Source of the DNA: Macrostomum lignano
Lineage: Eukaryota
Direction: 5' to 3'
Assembly (NCBI GenBank): GCA_002269645.1
Contig: NIVC01000366.1
Coordinates: forward strand, 310,001-374,000
DNA length: 64,000 nucleotides
The position numbers and the translations under genes are program-made. A model generated the notes under the pieces. The model was not told the DNA's origin. It saw only the letters and a list, made by a program, of their open reading frames with translations, and ran no database searches. Within the stretch, counting starts at the first letter, position 1, and every line of letters starts with the position of its first letter. Below, piece after piece: positions 62,516 through 64,000 of this stretch.

Positions 62516-63069
62516 GACGACACCAAACGACACCAAATTTGAATTGCAAGAAGAACTCTGACTCCAGATTGCATTAGTTTTTGGCTTCCTTGGCCACAGA
62601 ATATCCAGTAATAAATATATAAAAATGGATTTACATCGAATGGGGACGAAAGCCCGGCAACGCAATAGGAGATGAAGATTCGTTCAGTATAATAAGTATA
62701 AATATAAAAAAATGGGGAGAAATGCCTCTAATGTATATACGAACTAAACTGCGCTTGTAATGATTACAGTTTTGCATAATAAATAATATGTGCGCGCCAT
62801 CGGTTCCGAGGCTGAAAGGGCTACGCAGGGGCGGAGCGAATCAGTGGGGAAGCGAACTTGTTCTGTGTATCCACCTTTTCTCTGCATATCTGTCACGGAA
62901 GTTTGGACTTGATTAGGGACAAAAAGAGAGACAGATTCTAAATTATTGGGCTAGTTCAGGGGCCGATGAGAGAATTCAGGGCCATTGTACAATGTACACC
63001 TCGCGAGAGCGTGTGTCTAGTGTACGTATCCTTGTTGTATGCGTGATCAAGATCTGCGGATGGCATGAC

Positions 63070-64000
63070 TGTCTCTTCAGGTGGGTTGCCCCTGTCTCTT
63101 CAGGTGGGTTGCCCCTGTGTCTTCAGGTGGGTTGGCCCTGTGTCTTCAGGTGGGTTGGCCCTGTGTCTTCAGGTGGGTTCTACTGTCTCTTCAGGTGGGT
63201 TCTACTGTCTCTTCAGGTGGGTTGCCCCTGTGTCTTCAGGTGGGTTGCCACTGTCTCTTCAGGTGGGTTGCCCCTGTCTCTTCAGGTGGGTTGCCACTGT
63301 CTCTTCAGGTGGGTTGCCCCTGTCTCGTCAGGTGGGTTGCCCATGTCTCGTCAGGTGGGTTCTACTGGTCTCTTCAGGTGGGTTGCCATTGTTTCTTTAG
63401 GTGGGTGGGTCTTACTGTCTATTCAGGTGGGTTGCCCCTGTGTCTTCAGGTGGGTTGCCACTGTCCCTTCAGGTGGGTTGCTATTGTCTCTTCAGGTGGG
63501 TTGCCACTGTCCCTTCAGGTGGGTTGCTATTGTCTCTTCAGGTGGGTTGCCCCTGTCTCTTCAGGTGGGTTGCCACTGTCTCTTCAGGTGGGGTGCCCCT
63601 GTCTCTTCAGGTGGGTTGCCACTGTCTCTTCAGGTGGGTTGCCCCTGTCTCTTCAGGTGGGTTGCCCCTGTCTCTTCAGGTGGGTTGCCACTGTCTCTTC
63701 AGGTGGGTTGCCCCTGTCTCTTCAGGTGGGTTGCCCCTGTCTCTTCAGGTGGGTTGCCCCTGTCTCTTCAGGTGGGTTGCCCCTGTCTCTTCAGGTGGGT
63801 TGCCACTGTCTCTTCAGGTGGGTTGCCACTGTCTCTTCAGGTGGGTTGCCACTGTCTCTTCAGGTGGGTTGCCCCTGTCTCGTCAGGTGGGTTGCCCATG
63901 TCTCGTCAGGTGGGTTCTACTGGTCTCTTCAGGTGGGTTGCCATTGTTTCTTTAGGTGGGTGGGTCTTACTGTCTATTCAGGTGGGTTGCCCCTGTGTCT
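63070..64000. repeat. 23-bp minisatellite (CTTCAGGTGGGTTGCCCCTGTCT), runs off the right edge
   Basis: Shares an 18-nt core, inverted, with 14462-14845. Confidence 0.95.

Overview
Eukaryotic (metazoan, probably invertebrate) genomic DNA, not prokaryotic. Introns filled with minisatellites suggest a repeat-rich flatworm such as Macrostomum, but that is inference only. Three spliced genes lie in tandem on the minus strand, reconstructed by hand from GT-AG boundaries and reading-frame continuity: a CASK/LIN-2 MAGUK (L27-PDZ-SH3-HOOK-GK, ~36.4-44.3 kb), a complete junctophilin (9 coding exons, 906 aa, 20.2-29.8 kb) and a TRPA1-like ankyrin channel (from 18.65 kb, running off the left edge after S4). 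Nearly every large intron holds its own tandem array. At 48.8-57.6 kb a 31-bp minisatellite is interrupted by two head-to-head non-autonomous Helitrons and a small MITE. The main leads are: that Helitron pair and insertion hotspot; a 530-codon polyQ/polyP ORF that could be a CaMK-replacing first exon of CASK; a TRPA1 with W and A at the human C621 and C665 sensor positions and apparently missing ankyrin exon(s); and an intronic array of perfect decoy 5' splice sites in junctophilin. Most long ORFs in the supplied track are repeat artefacts. Repeat boundaries are approximate (about +/-10 nt).
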